64,000 bases of DNA from a virus: positions 1 through 64,000 of the IMG/VR virus record IMGVR_UViG_3300027857_000004; one strand, 5' to 3'. This document shows positions 45,714 to 54,889 of the stretch, in pieces (within the stretch, counting starts at the first letter, position 1; each line of letters starts with the position of its first letter). The notes under the pieces were generated by a model. That model saw only the letters and a list, made by a program, of their open reading frames with translations, made no database searches and was not told the DNA's origin. The translations under genes were made by a program, and so were the position numbers.

Positions 45714-46209
45714 ATCTAAGTGTGCGTTTACAAGTCGGACAAGTGCGGCTATCGCACCGTTGTTCAGCGAAGCATATCGCTTCAACTTCTCGGTCCCACT
45801 TGTCTGGAGTCATGCAGTCTACGAAGTCAGTTAGAAAACTCCCAGCCGGTATGCCAGAGAACAATACAGTGACCGATTGACCTTGCAGGTCAGGCGGGAT
45901 TTTCGTTTTCAGGAACGGATACACAGTCTCAACTGATACCCAATTAGTAGTCATTTGAGCCGGGAACCAGCGAAGCAGCCAGCCAGGAAAATAGGTCTGC
46001 TTGAAACTGTCCCACCAAGTGCGCGGAGTTTCATACTGATACGGCTTCTGCTGCTCAGCGACAATCTGGGCGCGAAGAGTGCGAACAAGTCGTCGCCCCT
46101 CGCGGTCCCAGCTCTCTCCGCATTCATACTGCGAGTTGAACAACGTGACACCGATTGACCGCAAGTCGAGCGTGACTCTGCCGATTGAATTGAAAAACGA
46201 TTTACTCAT
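45706..46209 (-). CDS. Hypothetical protein
   Basis: P.TWWD.FK..YFP.WL.R.FP motif; C-terminal C...CPTC. Confidence 0.6.
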   Translation of the reverse strand: MSKSFFNSIGRVTLDLRSIGVTLFNSQYECGESWDREGRRLVRTLRAQIVAEQQKPYQYETPRTWWDSFKQTYFPGWLLRWFPAQMTTNWVSVETVYPFLKTKIPPDLQGQSVTVLFSGIPAGSFLTDFVDCMTPDKWDREVEAICFAEQRCDSRTCPTCKRTLRYE

Positions 46210-46421
46210 TAGCGGAGTTAACGAACAATGAGAGAACGTAAAACCATCAGAGCCCACAATCCGAAAACTACCGTCCAATAATGCAGGGCAGGGAGACCGA
46301 AAACTGCAACAGCAACGCAAACCTGAGAGCGATGGAGAAAATGACAATCAGCGGCGCCAGGAGACCGGCGGCACCTCCAGTTGCAGACAGACCGATAGTC
46401 GTTTTGACTTTCTCGATTAGA

Positions 46422-46733
46422 TTAGTCACGGGGCGCCTCCTCCTTCTCGGCTGCGGCTGCCACAGCTTGTTCATGAAGCTGCTTCATCCCGTTGACGCGG
46501 TTCAGAATCGCGCCAACCGAATTGATGAGCGGCTCATACTCAGTGCGGACGGCGAACCAGCACGCGAGTAAGACGCTGGCATGCTCGTAGAGGGCAGTCC
46601 GGACATACGAGTCCAGGCCAGCTTTTTCAGCATCGCTTGTCTTCGTGAGAATCTTTTGCGCGCTGAGTGCGTTCAGTTTGTTCACCGCGTTAATCAAATC
46701 GCGGCCTTCGTTCAGTTCGAGAGGTTTGTTCAT
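46422..46733 (-). CDS. Hypothetical helical protein
   Basis: ORF from MNKPLELNEG. Confidence 0.6.
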   Translation of the reverse strand: MNKPLELNEGRDLINAVNKLNALSAQKILTKTSDAEKAGLDSYVRTALYEHASVLLACWFAVRTEYEPLINSVGAILNRVNGMKQLHEQAVAAAAEKEEAPRD

Positions 46734-46847
46734 AGCCAGAATTTGTTGTCTTTGTCTGCGTGTGTGCTGCTGAAATCTTTGCCGGTCGGACAAAATCCTG
46801 CGGGTGCGGGTCGTTCACGCAATCCGGTTTGTTTCATAACGAGAGAA

Positions 46848-47492
46848 CTATGACAGAGTGGCAGACTGGACACAACTCGTTTCTGTGTATTTGCGAGAAG
46901 CCGCGAGAGACTCCTGGTTGTAGCGGTCAAGAAAGCGCTTCAGCTCGAAGTCCTGTGCCGCGACTAGCAACTCAAGCGCTGCAATTCGTTTCTCTAGCTT
47001 CTCAACTTCTTTGAGCACCAGGACATTTCTTGGGCGCCTTTCAGTCACCTCACCGGGCTTGTGCGGCGTCTCACTCAACAGCCCTTGTGATTGAAGAGAT
47101 TGCTGGATTTGGAGCAACACAGCGACAATCGCGGATTCGCTACTCAGGTCCGCTAGTGCGCGTTCTTTCGACAGGCACAAGCGAGGTTCCTCCATATAGC
47201 CGCGCTGACGAAAAGGCCAAAAGTAGACCACCAGCATGCCGGACAGCCGAATCGCCGAAGCGATATCGGACGACCTGAATTTGCCAAACAGTCGCTGTTT
47301 ACCGGCGAGATAAAGCGAGGGCCGGTAGTAAGGTGAGAGAAAAGACAAATTGCGGAGAGGCTCGGTCCCCAGCTGGACGCGTCGACACTTCGCCACCTCT
47401 TCGGGTGTCAGTTCGGTTGTGAATTTAATCGTGGCAAGAACGTTGCAAAGTGCCCACGTTTTCTGCTCCGGCGTGATTGCTAATGTATTCAT
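46848..47492 (-). CDS. Hypothetical protein, first gene of the minus-strand arm
   Basis: 214 aa with C-terminal coiled coil; ATG directly below the CGACT promoter at 47498-47528. Confidence 0.7.
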   Translation of the reverse strand: MNTLAITPEQKTWALCNVLATIKFTTELTPEEVAKCRRVQLGTEPLRNLSFLSPYYRPSLYLAGKQRLFGKFRSSDIASAIRLSGMLVVYFWPFRQRGYMEEPRLCLSKERALADLSSESAIVAVLLQIQQSLQSQGLLSETPHKPGEVTERRPRNVLVLKEVEKLEKRIAALELLVAAQDFELKRFLDRYNQESLAASRKYTETSCVQSATLS

Positions 47493-47542
47493 ACACGTAA
47501 CAGTCGTTTAAAAACAGACGAGCCGCTACAACTATTTTTAGC

Positions 47543-47731
47543 CAGCACGCCAGCACACCGGATGAGTATGGGTAGAGCTTACCCTTCCTATTAGGTAATT
47601 ATAGGACAGTTAATTCACTATTTATATACTATATTTAATATAATCACACGCGTTAATATAATAAATGTCCTAGAATAAGTTAATAGGAAGGGTAAGCTCT
47701 ACCCATACTCATCCGGTGTGCTGGCGTGCTG
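47543..47731. repeat. Perfect 51-bp inverted repeat flanking an 87-bp AT-rich core (candidate replication origin)
   Basis: 47543-47593 is the exact reverse complement of 47681-47731; the core is almost all A/T; located at the strand divergence point. Confidence 0.9.
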
Positions 47732-47767
47732 AGTAATAAGCTACCGGCGTGCGCCTGTTTTTCGTAA

Positions 47768-47798
47768 TAGCGCTGCGCCCTCCGGCGACCGACTGTTA
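47768..47798 (+). promoter_or_regulatory. Phage-specific promoter motif TAGCG-N17-CGACTGTTA (representative copy)
   Basis: Same motif and spacing at 13 gene starts (listed in findings). Confidence 0.8.
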
Positions 47799-47802
47799 AT
47801 CA

Positions 47803-47976
47803 GTGAGCAAGAAAAAGCATCGTCCGCGGAAGAATCCGGACCCACTTTTCGACAACCAGCCGCAGTCGCTCCAGACCCTGAACAAAGTCGCGAAGCGCGG
47901 CATTCGGCTGCAAGAGCGTGCCCAGTGGTGGGCGCAAGCCCCAAATAATCCCGACTCGCCTACTTACACCGGATGA
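47803..47976 (+). CDS. 57-aa basic protein (below the ORF-track cutoff)
   Basis: GTG 4 nt after the promoter motif; MSKKKHRPRKNPDPLFDN...TYTG*, ATGA-coupled to the next gene. Confidence 0.65.
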   Translation: MSKKKHRPRKNPDPLFDNQPQSLQTLNKVAKRGIRLQERAQWWAQAPNNPDSPTYTG

Positions 47977-48503
47977 GTGCAACGACTTTTATTTACGCCC
48001 TTAAAGAAGGTGGAATCGTTCGCTACATAGGCAAAGCCGATAACCCCGCGAAACGATTCAAGCAGCATCTTCGGAATGCGGCCAAAGGTCGAACATACAA
48101 GGACCGCTGGATTCAATCGATGCTGACTCGCAATGAGCCCGTTGTGCTCGATGTTTTGATGCGGATTCCGGTAGCAGAGTGGGACTGGTGGGAACGCGCT
48201 TACATTTCTATTTTCGGGTTAGTGTTTCCTTTAACTAATTCGACCGAGGGAGGCGATGGAGTTTCGGGAAAAGTTGTCTCGGATTCTAATAGAACGCGAA
48301 CATGGTCAACGAAAAGCCGGAATAAAATAAGCATTGGAAATAGAGGTAAAAAACGTTCGCCCGAAGCACGCGTACGGTATCGAGCTATAAAGAAATCACC
48401 TGCGCAACTAGCTGCGCTCGCTCTCGGTTCCGCGGCAAATCGAGGAAGGCAAAAGCTCCCTGATGGAAGCTGGGTCTACCCTAAAGATTTTCTTGGCCTA
48501 TGA
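47973..48503 (+). CDS. GIY-YIG homing endonuclease
   Basis: FIYALK...RYIGKA.NP..RF.QH...WE..YI...LTNST.GGDG. Confidence 0.85.
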   Translation: MSATTFIYALKEGGIVRYIGKADNPAKRFKQHLRNAAKGRTYKDRWIQSMLTRNEPVVLDVLMRIPVAEWDWWERAYISIFGLVFPLTNSTEGGDGVSGKVVSDSNRTRTWSTKSRNKISIGNRGKKRSPEARVRYRAIKKSPAQLAALALGSAANRGRQKLPDGSWVYPKDFLGL

Positions 48504-49147
48504 AAGAAAAGAAAACACGCTCAGAAAAAGTCATCGAGGCAGCGATGAAGAATCCAGTTTTTCAAGAAATGGATAAGAGCATCGCTGAAGTTGACGCGAC
48601 AGAAACACTGCCACCGGCTGATGTAGACCAGACGTTTGAACTGTTCTGCATTTTCATGGGCGACGTCGAGCGAACAGCATTGTCTGCTGGGCTGCCCCGT
48701 GAAAAGATTGTCGAATATTCAACACAATTTGGGTGGACCGAAAAGATAAAAGTTCTCGTGGACATGCGGCTTTCTTCTAAGCCGGGCGACTCGGAGAGAG
48801 GCGTGAACCGTGCAATTAATTTTTTGCAGGCCCACAGATTACGCAACGTTTTGCAAGGTGTGCTGAAGAAGTTGACTACGATGTCATCGAGCGACCTGTC
48901 TGATTTGTTGTTCGCGACCGAGGTAGACCGCAAAGGAATCGTCACGCGCAAGATTGTCACGCGATGCTTTGCTGACCTTGCTTCGGCCTTAGAGAAAACA
49001 CACTCGATGACATACCAAGCGCTAGCGGACACGGTCGGAGACCGAAAGGCCCGAGAAGATTCTGACCCAACCGAACACAAAACAACCGCGGAGCTTCATA
49101 TTGCCTTGACTAAGGCAATGGCGGAGGCTCGCACACCAACACAATGA
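48500..49147 (+). CDS. Putative terminase small subunit
   Basis: HTH-like N-half (FELF...GDVERTA...W..KI) plus helical C-half; no other TerS candidate is adjacent to TerL. Inference. Confidence 0.45.
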   Translation: MKEKKTRSEKVIEAAMKNPVFQEMDKSIAEVDATETLPPADVDQTFELFCIFMGDVERTALSAGLPREKIVEYSTQFGWTEKIKVLVDMRLSSKPGDSERGVNRAINFLQAHRLRNVLQGVLKKLTTMSSSDLSDLLFATEVDRKGIVTRKIVTRCFADLASALEKTHSMTYQALADTVGDRKAREDSDPTEHKTTAELHIALTKAMAEARTPTQ

Positions 49148-49425
49148 ACGTTCGAGAATTAAAGCAATTGCTGGCAAAGTTTCCTCCAGATTGTGACGAT
49201 ATGCACGTTTTCTTGACTACTGCCGTGAGCGGCAAACCCGAAGTCGATTTAGTAAGCGGAACGGGATATTTTAGGTGGGTCGGTAGCAATGGCGAGGAAC
49301 TAACTGTAATTGCTATCATCGGTCACCGTGAGATACAACGTCAGGTTGAGAGCGGGCGCATGGAAGCTCCCGAAGGATACCGGCCAGCTGATGGCGGCGA
49401 AGGCGAAGAATGGAAGAAGGGCTGA
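49144..49425 (+). CDS. Hypothetical protein
   Basis: MNVRELKQLL..FP.D..V, a common phage small-protein start. Confidence 0.65.
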   Translation: MNVRELKQLLAKFPPDCDDMHVFLTTAVSGKPEVDLVSGTGYFRWVGSNGEELTVIAIIGHREIQRQVESGRMEAPEGYRPADGGEGEEWKKG

Positions 49426-49490
49426 TGTGCAAATATTGCACCTAAGCGAAATTCGTCGCGCCGCTCGGGCGTGAGTGCAATATTTGCACA
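49426..49490. promoter_or_regulatory. Pair of palindromic operator-like boxes GTGCAA-N3-TTGCAC
   Basis: 49426-49441 and 49475-49490 are exact 16-bp reverse complements and each is itself a 6-3-6 palindrome. Confidence 0.6.
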
Positions 49491-49800
49491 CGAAATTTCG
49501 TTGTGTTGAGTATCAACAGCTTATCGAAGCTGTTGTTTTGATTCGACAAATCCCCGACGGTCCGGCGAGCTGGCGCCACGCTGCCCAGCCTTGCCCCCAG
49601 GCTGGCCCAGGCGCGCGCCGCCGGTCCGAGGTGAAGGTTGACCCTCCCTACGCTCCATTAACGTTAAAGGGGGGCGGCGTGCCGGGACGCTTCGCTTACC
49701 GGCAGAGCTTGGTTGTAAAAAATGTTTTATCGTGCTGACTTCCAATGAGTTACGAATGAGAAGTTGTGTGCTGCCGGGATAGCTGGTATACTGTCGTCGT

Positions 49801-50493
49801 ATGGGAACAAAACATTTGGCTATAGTAGAAACGCAAGGTGTTTGTCTTCCGGAACTTACGCCGGAAGGACACGTAACATATCGGCGACGGCCCAAGGTTA
49901 GGAACTGCGGACGGAGGATTTCTCCGGACGAAGTCAAGCGGCGTTTGCTGGTCCGAGATTTGAAATGCTTGGACATTGTAATTCGAGGTATTCGTCGGAA
50001 GCTCATTAATCGGCGGGACGCCCTTGCGGCGTATCACGAGAAAGGCGACGTGAAGCGGCAGCTTGCTACTTTCGCACCTACGATGAGGCGGCTGCTCGAC
50101 CGTCAGGCGAAACGACAGTCCAGTGAGTTGGCAAGGTTTACCAAAGCTGCGCAGGCAGTAACCGATAGATTCAACGGGCAGGTTAAAACCAAACTCATCC
50201 GGAGGTTGCGCCGGTATTTTGAAAAAGCGTTCTGGACAGGCAGCAAATCGGCGCGCACGCACGAGCTACTTGGTTGCACCGTTGACGAGGCACGGCAGCA
50301 TTTAGAAAAGCAATTCGCGCCCGGCATGACCTGGGCGAATCACAGTTTCAAAGGCTGGCACATCGACCACAAAATCCCGCTTGCCAGTTTTGATTTGTCG
50401 GACCCGGAGCAGCAGAAAAAGGCGTTTCACTTCTCGAATCTGCAGCTGCTTTGGGCTCGACCGAACTTGGTTAAAGGCGCCCGAATCTTGTAA
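49801..50493 (+). CDS. HNH homing endonuclease (paralogue of 5766..6401)
   Basis: LLGC.....HL..QF.PGMTW.N....WHIDH.IP...FDLS..EQ.K.FHFSNLQ.L; own promoter TTGTGT-N17-TATACT at 49764-49792. Confidence 0.85.
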   Translation: MGTKHLAIVETQGVCLPELTPEGHVTYRRRPKVRNCGRRISPDEVKRRLLVRDLKCLDIVIRGIRRKLINRRDALAAYHEKGDVKRQLATFAPTMRRLLDRQAKRQSSELARFTKAAQAVTDRFNGQVKTKLIRRLRRYFEKAFWTGSKSARTHELLGCTVDEARQHLEKQFAPGMTWANHSFKGWHIDHKIPLASFDLSDPEQQKKAFHFSNLQLLWARPNLVKGARIL

Positions 50494-50623
50494 GAAAAAC
50501 ACACCAGTATTTCTTACATAGGGGAAATCCCCCATAGCGCTAATCCGCCGAATTAGCGATTATTCTTAGGGAGGCCAACCGCTTCAAAGTTGGCAGATGA
50601 CCGTGCTGGCTTCTTAAACCAAT

Positions 50624-51886
50624 ATGGCCACAGAAGTCGACATTCAGAGTCCGATACCCGTTCCAATCAGCGGGCACGTCGTAGTTGACACCGGTTCGAT
50701 TGCAATCGGCAACTCGATAAACATCGCCAACTTTCCGATAACGTATCCCGTTACCGGCACCGTAGACATAGCTAATCTGCCCGCGATTCAGTCCGTCCTG
50801 CTCACAAATCCACTTCCGATTTTAGTCGCCACAGTCGGCGACGTGAACATTGGCAACCTCCCGGCGGTTCAGACAATCACCGGGTCGGTAACCGTGTTGA
50901 ATTTTCCAGTCGTCCTACCGGTGACGATTGCGAACTTCCCGGCTATTCAAGCGGTGGAGATTTCCGGAACCGTCCCGATTAACGGGGTTGTCACCGTTTC
51001 GAATTTTCCGTCACTCCAGCCGGTCAGCGTAGTCGGCGGAGTGGATATCCTTGACAGAGTCAGCCGCTCGCTCGGGCACGTCACCGTCGACAACTTCCCG
51101 GCGGTCTCAGGCACAGTCAGCGTCAGTAATTTTCCAGCCACGCAGCCGGTGAGTGGCAGCATATCAGTTAGCAATTTTCCGGCAACACAACCGGTCAGTG
51201 GAACAGTCGCTATCAGCAACTTCCCGGCATCCCAAGCGGTCACCGGCGCGTTCTTTCAGGCGACTCAGCCGGTGTCTATAGCGGCGACGATTTCAGCAGA
51301 TGTCACGGACCGAGCCGCCCGGTTGCTCGGTCACGTCACGGTTGACTCGCTGCCGTCCGTAGCGGTCAACAATTTTCCAGCGACTCAGCCGGTGAGCGGC
51401 ACGGTGGCGGTTTCTAATTTTCCTGTCGTTCAAGCGGTGTCGATTCCGGTTGTGCCGTCTCGGCAGTCCGTCATGTTGTCGTGGGAACGCTCTGCCGGTG
51501 GCATAGCAGAGAGTGCGCTAGTTGCGTTTACCAACGGAACGCTGAACGCAGTGAATCTCGCTGCAGCTTCCGCATACACGGTGAGTGCGGGGAAGACGTT
51601 ACGCATAACGCAAATCAATGTTGTTGCCCGCGCAACCACTAACGTTGTTTTCAATAGCCGGGTTCGAATCAGGCAGGCAGCCGCAGTCACAAACGCTTCG
51701 CCGATTATCTGGACAGCCGAAATCGGTGCCTCAGTGAGTGCGGTAGTGGCGGAAGCGGAATTTTTCGAAAGCTATTCGCCCGACGGCGGAATCGAAGTGG
51801 CCGCGGGCCAGCAAATCACTTTCACCCACCTAGAATCAAGCGCCACCGGCACGGTGTCGCTTGTGATTATTGGTTATGAGTATTAG
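50624..51886 (+). CDS. Repetitive beta-rich virion fibre/decoration-like protein
   Basis: About 13 repeats of V.VSNFPATQPVSG plus a C-terminal domain shared with the next gene. Confidence 0.7.
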   Translation: MATEVDIQSPIPVPISGHVVVDTGSIAIGNSINIANFPITYPVTGTVDIANLPAIQSVLLTNPLPILVATVGDVNIGNLPAVQTITGSVTVLNFPVVLPVTIANFPAIQAVEISGTVPINGVVTVSNFPSLQPVSVVGGVDILDRVSRSLGHVTVDNFPAVSGTVSVSNFPATQPVSGSISVSNFPATQPVSGTVAISNFPASQAVTGAFFQATQPVSIAATISADVTDRAARLLGHVTVDSLPSVAVNNFPATQPVSGTVAVSNFPVVQAVSIPVVPSRQSVMLSWERSAGGIAESALVAFTNGTLNAVNLAAASAYTVSAGKTLRITQINVVARATTNVVFNSRVRIRQAAAVTNASPIIWTAEIGASVSAVVAEAEFFESYSPDGGIEVAAGQQITFTHLESSATGTVSLVIIGYEY

Positions 51887-51922
51887 TGGCGAAGGCTACA
51901 AAATAGCGCGACTGTTATCGGT

Positions 51923-52699
51923 ATGCCTGACCATGACAGACCTTTTAATCCGCCGGTGTTCCTTGGCGGCAGCACGCAGCCCCGGCAGCAGCAATTTGTT
52001 TTCGTCTCTAACGCGTTAAAGCTGGACCCGAACGGTCCGCCGGTGAAGCTTGACCCGAATACGCCGGTCAAGCTCGACCCGAATTCGTCTGTCGCGGTTC
52101 GCGGTCCGATTAGCCTCGACCCGAACGGTCCGCCGGTAAAGCTCGACCCGAGCACATCGGTGACGCTTCACGGCAATCCGAAGGTAGCGCTCGCTCGGGG
52201 TAATGAGTCTGCTTCGGTTGACTTCAACGGAATCGCGCAGCCGGTCACTTTTTCGAATCCGGCACGGTCGTATCTATCGCTCGTGTGGGAACGTCTTCCT
52301 GGGGCTATCACCGAAAGCGTGTTAGTGAACTGGACAAGCGGCACGTTCCAAGGCAACAAAATCAATCCGGTGGCGAGTAGCTACAAAGTGACAAACGGCA
52401 AAACGCTTCGCATAACCCAGCTCGGGATTGCGGTCATCGCCACGGCTGCCACTGTTTTCAATTCGCGATTCCGGTTGAGAATGAACGGACCCCAGCCGGT
52501 GACAAACAGCTCGCCGATTTTCTGGCAGGGTGAATTGGGAATCAACACTCCGACCGCAGCGGTCGGTCAGGAAAATTCAGACAGTATTTTTCTTTTCGAT
52601 GGATTCGAAATCCCCGGTGGAACGAGTATCACGTTCACGCATATCGAATCCGTCGCCACCGGTCTGGTGTCTCTTTCTTTAGTCGGATATGAGCAGTGA
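51923..52699 (+). CDS. Paralogous fibre/decoration-like protein with VKLDPN repeats
   Basis: Five LDP[NS] repeats; C-terminal WER..G.I.ES.LV...GKTLRITQ...VFNSR...ITFTH.ES.ATG.VSL...GYE. Confidence 0.7.
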   Translation: MPDHDRPFNPPVFLGGSTQPRQQQFVFVSNALKLDPNGPPVKLDPNTPVKLDPNSSVAVRGPISLDPNGPPVKLDPSTSVTLHGNPKVALARGNESASVDFNGIAQPVTFSNPARSYLSLVWERLPGAITESVLVNWTSGTFQGNKINPVASSYKVTNGKTLRITQLGIAVIATAATVFNSRFRLRMNGPQPVTNSSPIFWQGELGINTPTAAVGQENSDSIFLFDGFEIPGGTSITFTHIESVATGLVSLSLVGYEQ

Positions 52700-53246
52700 C
52701 TCGTTAGCCTTTATTTATATTTTAAAAGACCCGGATACCGGAGAACCGAGATACGTTGGCAAAGCCAAGAATCCAAAGGTTCGGTTTTCGGAGCACGTAT
52801 GTCCTTATTTTTTGAGACGCAACACGCATAAAAACAACTGGATAAAGGCGTTGTTAGGCGTAGGAACGCTGCCCGTCCTAGAAGTGGTAGCGGAGGTCCC
52901 GAAAAACGAATGGAGTTTTTGGGAATGCCGTTACATAGAGTTTTTTAAAGAAGTTGGTGCCCGGCTAACAAACGCCACACGGGGAGGGGAAGGATTCACC
53001 GGAAGGCATTCGCAGGCAACTCGTGAAAAAATAGGCAATGCGAATCGTGGGCAAAAGAGGTCTTTAGAGACGTGCGAAAAGATACGACTTATTAAAATAG
53101 GGCACTCGGTCTCTTCCGCAACGAGAGAAAAGTTGCGGGCCGCAAACCTAGGAAAATTTCCCTCCGCCGAGACGACCGCTAAACGCAGAGTAGCTTTGCT
53201 TGCAAGATGGAAGCGAGTCAAAGAAGCGGGCGCGCGACACTTATAA
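52689..53246 (+). CDS. GIY-YIG homing endonuclease with NUMOD3-like motifs
   Basis: FIYILKDP...RYVGKA.NP..RF.EH...LTNAT.GGEG..G.HS..TREKI. Confidence 0.85.
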   Translation: MSSDSLAFIYILKDPDTGEPRYVGKAKNPKVRFSEHVCPYFLRRNTHKNNWIKALLGVGTLPVLEVVAEVPKNEWSFWECRYIEFFKEVGARLTNATRGGEGFTGRHSQATREKIGNANRGQKRSLETCEKIRLIKIGHSVSSATREKLRAANLGKFPSAETTAKRRVALLARWKRVKEAGARHL

Positions 53247-53289
53247 AAAAGAGTTGTGTGCTTTGGTTCGCCCTGCTACGCTTTCCCCA

Positions 53290-53466
53290 GTGCGTAGACA
53301 AATCACGATTGTTTGGGACGATGATTGCGAGTTCGATAGCGCCGACCACTATCGTTTCCAGGCCGAATTCTTTCGGATTCTGCAGTTGCTCGCACAGAAG
53401 TTTTTGAAGCAGGAAGAAGAAAAAAATGGCTACCGAACGCGAATCAAAATCACCCAGGACAGCTAA
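53290..53466 (+). CDS. Small hypothetical protein (leaderless)
   Basis: GTG 7 nt after TTGTGT-N17-TACGCT (53254-53282). Confidence 0.5.
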   Translation: MRRQITIVWDDDCEFDSADHYRFQAEFFRILQLLAQKFLKQEEEKNGYRTRIKITQDS

Positions 53467-53803
53467 TGTCCATGACCGGCACGGCGGTTGGATAGGCGTT
53501 GACCTGGATGGCACGCTTGCCCAGTATGACCATTGGCGCGGTATTGACCATATCGGGACGCCAATTCCGAAAATGCACAGTCGCGTTATGCAGTGGCTGG
53601 ATGAAGGCAAAGACGTTCGCATATTCACTGCACGGGTGGCGAATGGGCCAGAAGCGATTGGATATATTGAGGCGTGGTGCCAGTATTGGCTCGGTAGAAG
53701 ATTGCCGGTCACAAATGTGAAGGACATGAAAATGTATGAGCTATGGGACGACCGCGCAGTTCAGGTGATTAAGAACGCCGGAGTTCGTGTAGACGGTAAA
53801 TGA
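53426..53803 (+). CDS. HAD-superfamily phosphatase
   Basis: IGVDLDGTL, IFTAR, TNVK, WDDRA. Confidence 0.85.
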   Translation: MATERESKSPRTANVHDRHGGWIGVDLDGTLAQYDHWRGIDHIGTPIPKMHSRVMQWLDEGKDVRIFTARVANGPEAIGYIEAWCQYWLGRRLPVTNVKDMKMYELWDDRAVQVIKNAGVRVDGK

Positions 53804-53866
53804 ATTTTCACAACCAAAGCGAAACAAAACAATCAGTTGGCTAAATCCTCCTCCGTTTAAACACCT

Positions 53867-54259
53867 ATGTGGTTTAAAAAGTTCTACGCCCTACTTGCAG
53901 TTTTCATGTTGACTTGCAGTGTTCATGCAGGTCCGCCCAGTCCGCCTGACCAGCTCATTGACGCAATCTGCGGTGACGTTGTCACTCACCCGATTCAATT
54001 GGTGTATTTCACCGTCACGCCCCAAACCGATGGCACCCAGTTGGCCACGTTCATTATCCGCGGCGTCGGCAAATGGTCTCTGTATGAGGTTTGCCCCGAT
54101 GCGACCCAACGTGTGATGGCATCCGGCATCGACGATGTCGACGGTGACTATTTGCACCTCGTCATCCTTCCGAATGACGGAATGTATGTCCGCTGCGGTT
54201 TGGAACTTTTCAACATGCACGGGTATCCAGGGCTTTTCAATCCCGGCCAGCTTCCCTAA
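53867..54259 (+). CDS. Secreted hypothetical protein
   Basis: Signal peptide MWFKKFYALLAVFMLTCSVHA. Confidence 0.65.
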   Translation: MWFKKFYALLAVFMLTCSVHAGPPSPPDQLIDAICGDVVTHPIQLVYFTVTPQTDGTQLATFIIRGVGKWSLYEVCPDATQRVMASGIDDVDGDYLHLVILPNDGMYVRCGLELFNMHGYPGLFNPGQLP

Positions 54260-54281
54260 TCTCAACCAGCTCCTAGGGGCC

Positions 54282-54316
54282 GCCCTCTGCCGTTTACCCT
54301 TTTTCGGCAGAGGGTG
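54282..54316 (+). terminator. GC-rich hairpin after the 53867 gene
   Basis: GCCCTCTGCCG ... CGGCAGAGGGT stem. Confidence 0.45.
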
Positions 54317-54333
54317 CCGCCCGATAAAATAAA

Positions 54334-54600
54334 ATGCCATACATCCCGCAAGAAGAACGAAACTATTTAGACCCCGCAATCACCGAGCTGGTTATCAAGT
54401 TGCGGTGCACCGGATGCGGCCCAGGGCAAATGAACTATGTGATTTCCAGAATTTGCAATGAGCTTTTTGATAGCAACCCCAGCTACGCGAGGATAAACGG
54501 AATCGTCGGTGTGTTGGAGTGCGCCAAAGCAGAATTCTACCGGCGCAAAGCGGTTCCGTATGAGGAGAACAAAATAAAAGAGAACGGAGACTTGCCCTGA
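54334..54600 (+). CDS. Conserved phage hypothetical protein
   Basis: MPYI..E.R...G..NY.I......Y..IN.I.GVLEC.K.EFYRR...PYE..KI.ENGD. Confidence 0.8.
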   Translation: MPYIPQEERNYLDPAITELVIKLRCTGCGPGQMNYVISRICNELFDSNPSYARINGIVGVLECAKAEFYRRKAVPYEENKIKENGDLP

Positions 54601-54705
54601 AGTGGAAACAGACCGACTGTAAAGAGTGACGCAGGATGACAGTTGGCAAAATTCAACGTGGTTTGCGTTGTGGCTGAAGCTGGCACGTCACGAAAAATAA
54701 AATAT

Positions 54706-54849
54706 ATGGAACTTGCGCCTTCAATCACATCGATTGTGTTGGTCAACTTGCTTGGTCTCGTTGTTGAATTAGGATTGTTCGCCGCGAAAACCGCTATCGT
54801 TGCGTTCGCTGCGAAGAAAGTTCTCTCGCGAGTTGCGCCTTTGAAATAA
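54706..54849 (+). CDS. Small membrane protein
   Basis: MELAPSITSIVLVNLLGLVVELGLFAAKTAIVAFAAKK... Confidence 0.45.
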   Translation: MELAPSITSIVLVNLLGLVVELGLFAAKTAIVAFAAKKVLSRVAPLK

Positions 54850-54889
54850 AGTCGCGACTGTTCTTGGTCAGGGAACGAGCATAACGATT

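Noticed and set aside
47543-47731. Protelomerase target site
   Set aside because: The centre is not a perfect palindrome and no protelomerase or tyrosine recombinase gene is evident.
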